Source: an uncultured Acidobacteriota bacterium (GTDB lineage Bacteria > Acidobacteriota > Vicinamibacteria > Vicinamibacterales > Fen-181). Taken from it: a stretch of DNA of 64,000 nucleotides. This document shows, piece after piece, positions 9,945 to 20,173 of the stretch. The notes under the pieces were generated by a model. The model was not told the DNA's origin and made no database searches. It was given only the letters and a program-made list of their open reading frames with translations. Location: contig CAWEZL010000001.1 in NCBI GenBank assembly GCA_963813585.1, positions 866,791 through 930,790 of the forward strand, in the 5' to 3' direction. Both the position numbers and the translations under genes were made by a program. Position 1 is the stretch's first letter; every line of letters starts with the position of its first letter.

Positions 9945-10895
9945 ATGAACCTCGCACGGACCTTCACATCAGCCATCATCGTGGCCGCCCTGCTGGGGAC
10001 GGCCGTTCCCGCCGCCGCCCAGGCGCGCACGAGGAGCCAGAGCCAGGAGCGGGCGCGGCAGAACAACAGCCAGAACGAGAACCGGCCGCGCGCGCGGGCG
10101 CAGAGCCGGCCCGAGAACCGGGAGCGCGCGCGCCAGGCCCCCGCCCAGCGCGGACAAGAGAGCCGCCGGTCCGAGGGCGAGCGTCGCGTGGCGCCCCGCC
10201 AGCAGGACCGGTCCTATCAAGACGAGCGTCGCGTGGCGCCCCGCTCCGGGGACCGGTCGTACCAGGGCGAGCGGCGCGCGGTGCCGCGCTCGGCGGCGCC
10301 CCGCAACGACGATCGGTCGTACCGCAACGACGATCGGTCGTACCGCAACGACAATCGGTCGTACCGCAACGACGATCGGTCGTACCGCAACAACGACCGG
10401 CGCGGCTACGCCGGGCCGCGCGCCGTTCCTCGCCCGTCCTATTCGCGCCCCTACTACTACTCGCGCCCGTACGTCCGGCCGTACCGCTACTCGCCGTACA
10501 GGCCGTTCTACTTCTCGCAGCGGTACTACTCGTTCCGGCCGCACATCCATCTCGGCTTCGGCCTGTGGCTGGGATCGCCGGTTCCTTACCCCTACCGCTA
10601 CCTGGGGAGCTACCGGCCGAGGGTTTACGGCGACCCGTACGGCTACAGCACGGGGAGCGTGTCGATTTACGGCGGGGTGAGCTTCGACATCCAGCCGTCC
10701 GACGCCGACCTCTACGTGAACGGCGAGTACGTCGGTCAGGTCGGCGACTTCAACCCGTACTCGGAGCCGCTCACGCTCACGCCCGGCGTGCACCGGATCG
10801 CGGTCCAGCGCGACGGGTTCCGTCCGATGGAGTGGGAAGTCCAGGTCGAGCCCGGGCAGGTGATTCCGTACCGCGGCGAGATGGAGAGGTACTGA
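9945..10895 (+). CDS. Secreted Arg/Tyr/Asp-rich low-complexity protein with a C-terminal PEGA-like domain
   Basis: ATG at 9945 follows gggaggggg. There is a signal peptide (AALLGTAVPAAAQA), RNDDRSY heptad repeats, and a C-terminus (SFDIQPSDADLYVNGEYVGQ...LTPGVHRIAVQRDGF) that is PEGA-like. Confidence 0.75.
   Translation: MNLARTFTSAIIVAALLGTAVPAAAQARTRSQSQERARQNNSQNENRPRARAQSRPENRERARQAPAQRGQESRRSEGERRVAPRQQDRSYQDERRVAPRSGDRSYQGERRAVPRSAAPRNDDRSYRNDDRSYRNDNRSYRNDDRSYRNNDRRGYAGPRAVPRPSYSRPYYYSRPYVRPYRYSPYRPFYFSQRYYSFRPHIHLGFGLWLGSPVPYPYRYLGSYRPRVYGDPYGYSTGSVSIYGGVSFDIQPSDADLYVNGEYVGQVGDFNPYSEPLTLTPGVHRIAVQRDGFRPMEWEVQVEPGQVIPYRGEMERY
10302..10400 (+). repeat. Coding tandem repeat, 21-bp unit cgcaacgacgatcggtcgtac x4 plus a partial unit (RNDDRSY heptads)
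   Basis: Read directly at 10302-10322, 10323-10343, 10344-10364 (one substitution) and 10365-10385, followed by a partial unit. Confidence 0.9.
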
Positions 10896-10914
10896 CGCGA
10901 GTCCCGCGCGAGGT

Positions 10915-13688
10915 CTACACCAGTCGCGAGAACCGCCGCTTCGAGCGCGGGAAGTCGACGCCGTAGGCGACGTAGGTCATCAGGCCGAGAGCGGCGAGCA
11001 CCGGCCACGCCGAGGCGGGTACGGGTTGAGGCGGCGGGGCGGGCGCGCCGCCGACCGCCGTGAGCGCCGCGCCGACGACGAGGAACGCGATCGCCAGCCA
11101 CTGATAGAGCCGCAGGCCCGCCGACCCACGCGGTCTGCGGCTCGCCCCGGTAGTGCTCCTCCACGAAGCGCGCCAGCCCGACGAGGACGAAGTAGCTGCC
11201 GGCAATGAAGGGAAGCGGGAGGGCGAGCGTCCAGAACCGCACCAGGACGAGGCCCATCGACGAGTGTCGAGAGGATCGAGTAGAGCGGCGTGGGGTGCAG
11301 TGGAACGCCGCCGAGGGCACTGAGACGCAGCACGCGCGACCTCGGGTGGCGGTAGCGGATGCCCCAGGCCGCGTTGACGGGCCGGCCGTGACAACATCCC
11401 TGGATGAGGCAGCGGAGGCGCCCGAACGGCTGCGTGACGCAGCCGGCCACCGCCATCGCCGCAAGCAGGAGCCACGGATCGGCGCCGAACGCCCAGGCGA
11501 CGGGGGCGACGGCCACGACGGCGATCACCGACCCGAAATAGCCGTAGGGGCGCAACAGCTGGTTCGATCCCTCCACCAGCTGCGCCCACAGGGCGGCGCC
11601 GACCTCGGCGGCCGCGGTCATCGCCACCATCCACCACAACGCTCCGGGTCCCGCGACTGCGACGCCCGCCGCCACGCCGAGCGCTGCGCCAAGCCCCGCG
11701 TAGATGCCGTGGCTCAAGAACCGTACGGGTCCAACCGTGCGCTCGCGCCACGAGTTCGCGACGGCCTCCGTCGCGCGGCATGTCGAGGCCCACATCCTCG
11801 CTCCCGAGCGGATCACGCCGTACGCCACGAACGCGGCGATGACGTCGGCAACGGCGTGCATGCCGACCGTCACGCAACTGGCGCCGATGGCCAGCGCGAG
11901 CAGGATGGCCGGCCATCGAAGCCGCGGCCAGCGTGCGACGCCGACCTCGGCAGCCAGGCACACCCAGACCACGTGGAACGCGGGGAGCGCGGTCATCGCC
12001 GTGTCGCCGATGCGCTCGAGGCGCAGGAGCCACGCCCACGCTGACTCGGCCGGCACCGGCCTGGCCGGCGCGACAAGTGGAACCAGCAGGTAGAACGGGA
12101 TGATGAGCGCCGTGGCCGCAAGACCGCCGAGCGCGAACCGGCGCAGGTGGCGGCGGCGCGCGGCTGCCAGTGGCGCGAGCAGAACCAGCGGGTAGGCGAG
12201 CGCGTAGACGGCCTCGGTCCAGGGAATGACGGGCCAGGGCTCTTCGAGCGGCAGGTACGTCGAGACCGCGTCGTGCGGAACGCCCAGGAACTCGACCGCC
12301 TCGAAGAGGAGGAGCCACGGCGCGAGGACGAGCACGTAGACCGAGACGCGTTCCCACCGCGACGGCCTCCCATCGTCTTCTGCGGGAAGCGTCAGCAGGG
12401 GCCTGACCGTGCGGCCGAAGCGGCGGCGCGTGGCTTCCCGCTCGTAGCCGAGGACGAACGCGGCGCTGGCGAGCGCGAGCACCGGTGAGACGATGAAGAG
12501 GCCCGCCCCCGAGCCGAGCGCGATGGCGACGCCCGCGCAGACGAGCACCGAGCCGAGATAGACGGGGTCCGCCACGAGCGCGTAGACGCCGCTCGCGATC
12601 AGGCGCTCGGGCGGGAACGGGCTCATCGGGAGGCCCCTTCCGTGTCGCCACAGCGCGGTCACGGCGGCGGCGATGATAGCCGCGCCGAGCAGGGCGAGGG
12701 CGGTGCCCGCGGGGACCGATGCCACGCGCGGCGCCGGGATGAGGGCGTCGAGGCGCCGCATCCAGAGGACGAGCAGCAGTGGAAGGCCGAGCGTGAAGAG
12801 GGCCGCGTACGCGGCGACCCCAGCGGCCGCGGCCCTCGAGGCTCGGTCAGGAGCGATGCCGACCCTCATGGCGACATCCTCCCGCGGGGAAACCGTACCG
12901 ACCTCGTGGATGGCCCAGCCGGTGTCCGGCTCGGCACCGCCGTCGTGGAGCGTGCCGAGACTCCTTGTCTTGCGGTCCTCGACCGCCAGCCACGACGCGG
13001 GCAGCCGCGATGTCAGCGGGCGGAGGCCGTGCAGGACATCGGAAATCGCGCGGCTGTAGAGCGTGACGTGACGGCCCAGCTGCAGGCCGCCGGCATGGCT
13101 GGCCTCGCCGCCGCCGAATGCGACCCCGGCGTCGCCGACCGTGGCGGGTTCGCGCGGACGGCCGCGATCGAGGACGAGCGTCAGCGGGTGTTCGCCGCGC
13201 CAGTCGATCCAGACCAGCGAGCGCCGTGTCCGTGCCGACACCCAGCGCCCCCAGCGCAACTCGGCGATCGGCAGCCGCCAGGGGGGGACCGTGAGCACGA
13301 TACGCTCGGCGTAACCGGCCCCGCGGATCGGGGACCCGTCGCCGGCATCGATCGTCACCGCCGCTCCCGGCGCCTGGCAGCTCCACTCGATGGAGCCGTC
13401 AGCCGATTCCAGCAGCCGCGATTCGAAGGGCACGCTCCAGGGTTCGCACTCGACGTCGCAACCGAGGCCCACGCTCCTCCACGCCAGGACGCCGCCCGAC
13501 CATGCCGGCTCGCCGCCCGTGGCGAGCGTCGATCGATGCCGTGGCGCTCCGGTTCCCGGGTGAAGCGTCAGCCCTTCCCAGCCCACCGCGAGCGGTCCCC
13601 AGGCCAGGCGCGTCCAGTAGGCGATCGCCGACCGCCCCTGTTCGTCCGCCGCGTCGAGGTACCACTTCGTCAGCTTGAAGGCGTTCAT
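10915..13688 (-). CDS. Four-domain membrane fusion protein (~924 aa): CrtC-like N-terminal domain, ICMT/PEMT-like methyltransferase, PAP2_C-like domain, prolipoprotein diacylglyceryl transferase (Lgt) domain; two frameshifts in the 3' part
   Basis: ORF 10980..13688 reads in order: KWYLDAADEQGRSAIAYW (CrtC-like WYxD start), then PFPPERLIASGVYALVADPVYLG (ICMT-like), then ALPAFHVVWV...GMHAVADVIAAF (PAP2_C-like), then GRLRCLIQGCCHGRPV...HPTPLYSIL (Lgt). The Lgt domain continues in ORF 10736..11464 (GLVLVRFWTLALPLPFIAGSYFVLVGLARFVEEHYRGEPQT) and then in ORF 10915..12651 (LRLYQWLAIAFLVVGAAL...RSKRRFSRLV). Shifts lie near 11255 and 11110. Confidence 0.7.
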
Positions 13689-13734
13689 GATGCGTCAGCG
13701 CCTCCTGACGAGTTCACGGCCGGAGGTTACGTGA

Positions 13735-16200
13735 TCACTCCTGGTTCAGCGCGACGACGGGGTCGATGCGCGTGGCGCGGCGGGCGGGGATCACGCAGGC
13801 GACCAGCGCCACGGCCGCAAGCACGCCGGCGGTGGCAGCGATGACCGCAGGGTCGGTCGGCCGCACGTTGTACAACTGCGCTTCGATGCTCTTCCGGATG
13901 GCGAGCGCGCCGAGGCCACCGACAGCGAAGCCCGTTACGACGAGCGCCAGACCCTCCTTCGCGACCAGGTCGAAGACCGACCGCGGCGTGCTGCCGAGCG
14001 CCATTCGGATCCCGATCTCCTTGGTGCGCTGCGTGACGAGGTACGCGAGCACGCCGTAGATTCCCACCGCCGACAGCAGCAGCGCCATCAGGCCGAAGCC
14101 GCCCGACAGCAGGACCGGCCAACGCCGCGTCACCAGCGACTCCTCCACGACCTCCTCCATCGTGAGCGTGGCGAAGACCGGCAACTCGGGGTCGATGGCG
14201 TTCACCTCGGACCGGAGGCGGCCAACCAGCGCGGTGGGATCGACCGCCGCGCGCACGGCGAAGGTCAGGAAGCGGCGCGGCCGCTGGTCGTTCGGGAGGT
14301 AGTACGCGCCCACGAGCGCGCCCTCGCTGACCAGGCCGTCGTGCTTCACCTCGCCCACGACCCCCACCACCGTGAGCCACTCGGTCTTCTCGTTGGTGGC
14401 CAGCAGGTCGTTCGGGTCCGACGGAAAGTACATCCGGCGGCCGATCGGCTCGCGGTCACCCCAGAAGCGGCGCGCGAGGCGCTCGTCCACGATGATCGAG
14501 AGCTTCGAGCCGTTCGCGTCGCGCCCGTCGAAGTAGCGCCCCCGCTTCAGCGGGATCCGCATCGCCTCGAAGTAGCCCGGCGTGACGACCGACAGGGACG
14601 GCGAGATGACCGACTCGCCCGGCTGCATCTGGTAGCCCTCGGCGAAGATCACGCTGTCGCTGTGGTTCGTGCCGAGGGGAATCGAGCTGGTGACGCCCGC
14701 CGTCGTGACGCCCGGCAGCGCCCGGGTGCGCCGGACCGCCTCGCCCGCGAATGCACGCAGCTCGGCGTCGCCCGCGTAGCGCGACTGGGGCAGCATCACG
14801 CTGGCCGTGAGCACGCCGCGAGGGTCGAAGCCGGGATCGACCGCCAGGATCTGGCGAAAGCTGGCCATGAGCAGGCCGGCGCCGAGCAGCAGTACGAACG
14901 CCACGCCGACCTGCGTGACCACCAGCGCCCGGCGCAGGATGCGGGCGCCCCGCCCGCCGGTTCCTGTCCGCCCCGCATCGTGGAAGACCGCCCCGAGGTT
15001 GGCGCGCAGGGTGCTGATCAGCGGGAACACGCCGATGACGACGCCCAGGAGCACGGCCAGGCCGGCCGTGAAGAGCGCGGCAGTGGCGTCCAGAGCGATC
15101 TCCGAGGCGCGCGGCACCTGTTCGAGGTTCAGGCCGCGGAGCAGCCGCAGGCCGCCCCAGCCGAGGAGCAGGCCCAGGCCTCCGCTGACGATCGCCAGCA
15201 GCATGCTCTCGGTGAGCAGCTGCTTCGCCATGCGCCACCGCCCGGCCCCGAGCGCGAACCGGGTGGCCAGCTCCCGCAGGCGGACGCGCGACCGCACGAG
15301 CGCGAGGTTGATGACGTTGACGCACCCGATCAGCAGGACGAACAGCGTGCCGCCCCAGAGGAGGGAGAGCGTCGGGCGAATCTCGCGGACCATGTCTTCC
15401 TTCAACGGGAAGACCGGGGTGTGGAAGCCCGCGTTGATCAGGATCTGCTTGAAGGCCGGGAAGCGCTCGAGGGTGGCGGCGTTGAGCGCATCGATCTGGG
15501 CCTGCGCCTGCGCCACCGTCGCCCCGGGGCGGAGGCGCGCGATGCACGCCCAGTTGTTGCTGTGGCGGCTGTCGTCGGACCGCTGCTCGGGGGTGAACGC
15601 GATCGGGACGTACATCCGGATGCGCGGCTCGACGAAGCGGAAGTCGGCCGGCAGCACGCCGACCACGGTGAAGGTCCGCCCGTCGACCGGCACCTGGCGC
15701 CCGACCACCCCCGGGTCGGCGGCGAACCGCTCGCGCCAGAGGCCGTCGGTCAGGACGATCCGATCCTCGTGGCCCGGCTCGGCCTCGTCCTCGGTGAAGG
15801 TGCGGCCCAGCTGCGGCTTCACCCGCGTCAGCCGGAAGAACGACGGCGTCGCCCTCATCGTCAGGATGCGCTCGGGCCGGCCGCTCTCGCCGATGCTGAG
15901 GTCGGTCGTGTCGTAGAAGGCCAGCGACTCGAAGGCGGGCAGCGTGCGGCGGTCGAAGTAGTCGGGCCCGCCGTTCGAGCCGCGGACCGCGCCGGCCTTG
16001 GGATAGGCGTTGAACATCGTCACGAGCCGGTCGGGCTCGGGGATCGGCAGCGGCCGCAGCAGCACCGAGTTGACGATGCTGAACAGGGCCGTGTTGGCGC
16101 CGATGCAGAGCGCCAGCGTCAGGACGGTCGCGAGCGTGTAGGCCTTGTCCTTCCAGAGGAGGCGCAAGGCAAACCGCAGGTCGCCGGCTTGAGGGGTCAT
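13735..16200 (-). CDS. ADOP-family (MacB-like, duplicated FtsX) permease, copy 2, intact
   Basis: 821-aa ORF. N-terminus DLRFALRLLWKDKAYTLATVLTLALCIGANTALFS, two FtsX-type 4-TM blocks, C-terminus RIDPVVALNQE. Confidence 0.9.
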   Translation of the reverse strand: MTPQAGDLRFALRLLWKDKAYTLATVLTLALCIGANTALFSIVNSVLLRPLPIPEPDRLVTMFNAYPKAGAVRGSNGGPDYFDRRTLPAFESLAFYDTTDLSIGESGRPERILTMRATPSFFRLTRVKPQLGRTFTEDEAEPGHEDRIVLTDGLWRERFAADPGVVGRQVPVDGRTFTVVGVLPADFRFVEPRIRMYVPIAFTPEQRSDDSRHSNNWACIARLRPGATVAQAQAQIDALNAATLERFPAFKQILINAGFHTPVFPLKEDMVREIRPTLSLLWGGTLFVLLIGCVNVINLALVRSRVRLRELATRFALGAGRWRMAKQLLTESMLLAIVSGGLGLLLGWGGLRLLRGLNLEQVPRASEIALDATAALFTAGLAVLLGVVIGVFPLISTLRANLGAVFHDAGRTGTGGRGARILRRALVVTQVGVAFVLLLGAGLLMASFRQILAVDPGFDPRGVLTASVMLPQSRYAGDAELRAFAGEAVRRTRALPGVTTAGVTSSIPLGTNHSDSVIFAEGYQMQPGESVISPSLSVVTPGYFEAMRIPLKRGRYFDGRDANGSKLSIIVDERLARRFWGDREPIGRRMYFPSDPNDLLATNEKTEWLTVVGVVGEVKHDGLVSEGALVGAYYLPNDQRPRRFLTFAVRAAVDPTALVGRLRSEVNAIDPELPVFATLTMEEVVEESLVTRRWPVLLSGGFGLMALLLSAVGIYGVLAYLVTQRTKEIGIRMALGSTPRSVFDLVAKEGLALVVTGFAVGGLGALAIRKSIEAQLYNVRPTDPAVIAATAGVLAAVALVACVIPARRATRIDPVVALNQE

Positions 16201-16235
16201 ACACCGGAGAAGACGGATTTGGCGGGTTCCGGTTC

Positions 16236-16283
16236 GGTGCCCTTGTTGAGCCTGGCATGCGAAATGGGGCCAGGCCCCATTTC
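16236..16283. repeat. Fourth copy of element family B (GAAATGGGGCCAGGCCCCATTTC) with the extended arm in the opposite orientation
   Basis: The palindrome lies at 16261-16283. The preceding cttgttgagcctggcatgc matches the reverse complement of the tail seen at 3878-3900. Confidence 0.75.
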
Positions 16284-16288
16284 GCGCG

Positions 16289-18781
16289 TCAGGGGTTCTG
16301 CGGGTGCCCGACCGCCATCCACTCGGCCCGCGAAGAGGCGAGCACGTCGCTCATGTGGCGCGAGGAGTACAGGAAACGCGAGCCGTCCGACGCGGCGACC
16401 AGGCGAATGTCGCTGCACGAGGGGTCGGCGAGCAGGCGGTCGAGGATGGCGGGCGCGTCGGCCTCCGGGAGGCCGAACGGCGCTTCGCACAAGGCGGCGA
16501 CCGGCGTCGGCCGGGGGTAGATCGCCGAATCGCGCCGGACGGCCTCGGCGATCGCCCCGACAGCGTCCAGCGTGTCGGGCAGCGGCGAAGGCGGTGGGCA
16601 CGACCGGGTGCCGCAGGGAGCGGCCGCCGCCAACTGCGAGGAGTCGGCCGCCGACCGGCCCTTCTCCAGCGGCAGCTGTCCCATGGCCTCCAGGCGGCCG
16701 GCCACGTCGCGCAGCCCCAGGCGCTCCAGCGACGATCGCGTCGGGGCGCCGGTGGCGCGGTCCCACCCCAGCACGTCGTAGAAGAGGTCCTTTGCGCGCT
16801 CGATGTCGGCGCGGTCCATCCGCTGAGTGGCCCGGGGTGAAGGGCGGCTTGTCGGCCGGCAGTGTCGAACAGCCCACGACGGGACCGTGTCGTGGGCGCG
16901 CCGCATGTCGGCCGTCTTCATGTCGCGGATCGTCAGCGCGCGGTGCAGCGTGAAGATCCGCTCGGCCACCAGGTCGAGCTCCGCGCGCGTCCTTCCGGTC
17001 GCCCGGTGACCGCGCTGTAGAACTGCGCCTCCAGGGCGACAGTCGCCTGGTAGCCGCGCGACTTGAGCGGCGAGGCCGCCAGCGGCCACACCCAGTTGCA
17101 GACGGTCAGCGAGTCGTGCAGCTCCTTGCGCAGCAGCGACCACACCGCGAACCGCGCCTTGGCCGGCGTCATCGGCCTGTAGTCGTCCGGCTCGTCGATC
17201 GCGCCCTCGCCCCACAGCCTTCGGCGGCGATCTCCTGCTGCACGCGGGTCGGCAGGCCGCAGCCGAGGAAGTTCGAGTGCGAGTGGCACTGGGCGTCCCG
17301 GTTGTACATCAGGTTGATGAGGACGCCCGCCTGGCCGCCCTCTTCCGCGGCGTGGTGGCGCGGGTGGCCCATCTTCCACCACGCCGTTCGCGGGGTCGGC
17401 GTAAGTACTCGGGCGGGAACTTCCAGCGCGCGGCCAGCCGTCCGCCCCCCTCGGCGAACGCGTCGCCCAGCTCGCCCTCGCGGAAGGCGATGCGCCGGTA
17501 GATCTCGTTGAGGAACGCCGGGTCGCCGCGCTCGTACTTCTCCCACGGGATCGACGCGTACTCCTTCGCCGGCACGTTCGCTCGCGCATCAGCCCCGACT
17601 CGTAGGCCCAGCGGAAGTCGCGCTGCAGCTGGCTGTAGTGCGTCCACACGCCGAGGTCGTCCGCCAGGTGCTTGCCGACGACGGCCGCCTCGATGCTCGG
17701 TCTCGCCGCGCGGGCCGTCCGGGAACGACTTGAAGAACGGCTGCGCGCCCCAGCCCACGCAGGTGTTCGCGGCGTAGCGGCTCACGCCGTACTTCGCCTC
17801 CACGGCCGGGACGTCGAGGTGCGAGTGGCAGCGGATCGGGCACGAGGCGCAGCCGCCCATCCGGACGGTGTACTTCTCGGCGTTCGGCCCCAGGTCGTAG
17901 GTCGCCTTGGCCGTGCGGAAGCCGATGCGGTTCAGCTCGTCGGGCCGGCACTCGCCGGTCTCGATCGGCGGCCGCGCCGCGCCCCAGAACAGCCCCTTCC
18001 TGGCCGTCCACCGGCTGCCGGGCGACGAGTACTCCGACCAGGGCTGCGGCGTGCTGGGGACGACGTGCTGGTTGTTGGCGCCGAGGAGGGCGAGCGTGTG
18101 GCTGGACGAGCGTCTTCCAGGCCGCGCGGTCGGCCGCGATGCGCACGCTGCCGGTGCCCTTGACCGCGATGGCCTTCAGGCTCTTCGAGCCGAACACGCC
18201 GCCGACGCCGCCAGCCGAGTGCGAGAAGCCGTTGATGAGCGAGGCGAGCCGTCACCAGGTTCTCGCCCGCCTGGCCGATGGCCGCCACCTGCGTCTCCGG
18301 CCCCATCTCCTGGCAGATCGAGCTGGTGGCGTGGTAGATCGCCGTTGCCCCACAGGTGCGAGGCGTCGCGGATCTCCACCTTGTCGTCCACGATCGCCAG
18401 GTAGACGGGCGTGTCGGCCACGCCCTCGACGATGATGGCGTCCCAGCCGGCGTACTTCAGCTCGGCGCCGAAGTGGCCGCCCATGTGGCCGGTGGCCACC
18501 AGGTCCACCGGGACGACGGTCGGGAAGATCGTCGTCACCGACGTGCGGCCGCCGCAGGGGGCGCCGGTGCCGGTGAGCGGGCCGACCGGCGACGATGATC
18601 TTGTTGGCCGGGTCGAACGAGCCGGTGCCCGCGGGGACCTCGTCCCACAGGACGTTGTAGCCGATGCCGGTGCCGCCGAGGACGTCCTTGTAGCGCGCGA
18701 TCGTGTCCTCGACCGTGAGATCTGCGCCGACGACAGGTCCACGCGCAGCGTCTTGCCGGTCCATCCGCCGTAGGTCGGCAC
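16289..18781 (-). pseudogene. Tungsten/molybdopterin aldehyde:ferredoxin oxidoreductase (AOR family), heavily frameshifted (>=8 shifts), with an atypical ~115-aa C-terminal tail
   Basis: The N-terminus MPTYGGWTGKTLRVDLSS starts at 18781. AOR-typical segments are spread over all three minus frames: GGTGIGYNVLWDEV; PLTGTGAPCGGRTSV; AELKYAGWDAIIVEG; ICQEMGPETQVAAIGQAGENLV; FGSKSLKAIAVKG; MGGCASCPIRCHSH; HHAAEEGGQAGVLINLMYNRDAQCHSHSNF; LTVCNWVWP; FYDVLGWDRATGAPT. Confidence 0.8.
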
Positions 18782-18796
18782 GGTCCTCGACTCCGT

Positions 18797-19543
18797 TCAA
18801 CCATCGGGGTCGCGCTCACGCCGCGCACGCCTGCCTACTTCCGCCGTTTGCCGTTTCTGGCCGCCATGGCACGAGGCGCAGGCCGCGCGGCGTGGCCGGC
18901 GAGCGGGACGGCCACGGCGGCGCGCGCGGACCGGGACCGCGCCGGTCAGGTCGCGCCACGGCGACGTAGCGCAGGGCGCCGGTCGGGCAGGCGGCGACGC
19001 ACTCGGGAGCGCCCCGCGCACAGCGCAGCACTTGGTCGCCTTCCCGCGCTCCGCGTCGAACGCCATCATCTCCCACGGGCACGCCTGCGCGCAGAGGCGG
19101 CAGCCGGTGCAGCGCGCGACGTCCACCATCCGCGCCTTCGTCCTCGGCTCGAGCACGATGGCGCCGCTCGGGCAGGCGGTCTCGCACGGGACCGGGTGCG
19201 GGCACTGCAGGCAGGTGTCGGGGACGATCGCGGAGGTTGCCGAACTCGCCGAGGCCGCGGCCGACGCCCGCCTGCTGGCCGCGCGGGCCGAAGTTGTAGT
19301 TGCGCGCCGACCTTGACGCGGGCGAGCGACGGCTGCGCGCGGCCGTCGTTGAACTCGGTGCAGGCCAGCTCGCACCGCCCGCAGCCGGTGCAGCGCGTGG
19401 CGTCGACGACCAGCATGCCCTCGGCGGTCTCGAGGATCACGCAGCGGCGCGCCGCCGAGCGTGCCGGCCCAGCGGCCCGAGCGCCGAGACACGAGATCGT
19501 GGCGGCCGACGCCGGCCTTGAGGAAGGTGCGGCGATCGGGCAT
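18797..19543 (-). pseudogene. Tat-signal 4Fe-4S dicluster electron-transfer protein upstream of AOR, frameshifted (>=3 shifts)
   Basis: Start MPDRRTFLKAGVG at 19543. CxxCxxC-type cluster motifs appear in different frames: ATRCTGCGRCELACTEFN (ORF 19066..19788), CLQCPHPVPCETACPSGAI and ARCTGCRLCAQACPWEMM (ORF 18797..19855), CVAACPTGALRYV (ORF 18816..19205). The 3' end is uncertain (18797 or 18816). Confidence 0.7.
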
Positions 19544-19597
19544 CGGGGCAGAGGATAGCAGGGATCGGGAGGAGATGCAGAGGGTAGAATTGACCGT

Positions 19598-20173
19598 ATG
19601 GCTGCTCTCATCCAGGCAATCGACCTGCGCCGCAAGATGTACTTCGAAATGGAGGACGCCCCGTTCCTGTGCCTCGACGTGGACGTATCGACGCCAACCG
19701 CGCGCGGGGGGCAGACACTCGTGCGGGTGAAGATGCGCAACCTGAAGACGCGCGCCGTCTTCGACCGCACCTTCAGGGCGTCCGACAAGTTCCGCGAGCC
19801 CGACTTCGGCCTGTCGCCCGCCAGCTACCTCTACAGCGACGCCGACGCCGCCCACTTCATGGACCAGGAGACCTTCGACACGCTGTCGGTCTCGACCGAG
19901 ATGCTGGGCGATGCGCTCGACTTCCTGGTGGACGGGCAGGTCGTGCAGGTCCAGAAGTACAACGGCAACGTCATCGGCCTCCAGCTGCCGCAGCAGGTCG
20001 AGCTGACGGTCACCGCAACCGAGCCGGGCGTCCGCGGCGACACCGCCAGCGGCAACGTCACCAAGCCGGCCCGCCTCGAAACCGGCCTCGAGGTCCGCGT
20101 CCCGCTGTTCATGAAGGTGGGCGAACGCGTCCGGGTCAACACCGAGACGCGCGAGGTGATGGGGCGGGCTTAG
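19598..20173 (+). CDS. efpL: Elongation factor P-like protein (EfpL/YeiP type)
   Basis: 191 aa. The loop VSTPTARGGQTLVRVKMRNLKTR matches the YeiP-type SPTARGAATLYKMRF loop, with Arg rather than Lys at the tip. The C-terminus RVNTETREVMGRA is also YeiP-like. Confidence 0.85.
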   Translation: MAALIQAIDLRRKMYFEMEDAPFLCLDVDVSTPTARGGQTLVRVKMRNLKTRAVFDRTFRASDKFREPDFGLSPASYLYSDADAAHFMDQETFDTLSVSTEMLGDALDFLVDGQVVQVQKYNGNVIGLQLPQQVELTVTATEPGVRGDTASGNVTKPARLETGLEVRVPLFMKVGERVRVNTETREVMGRA

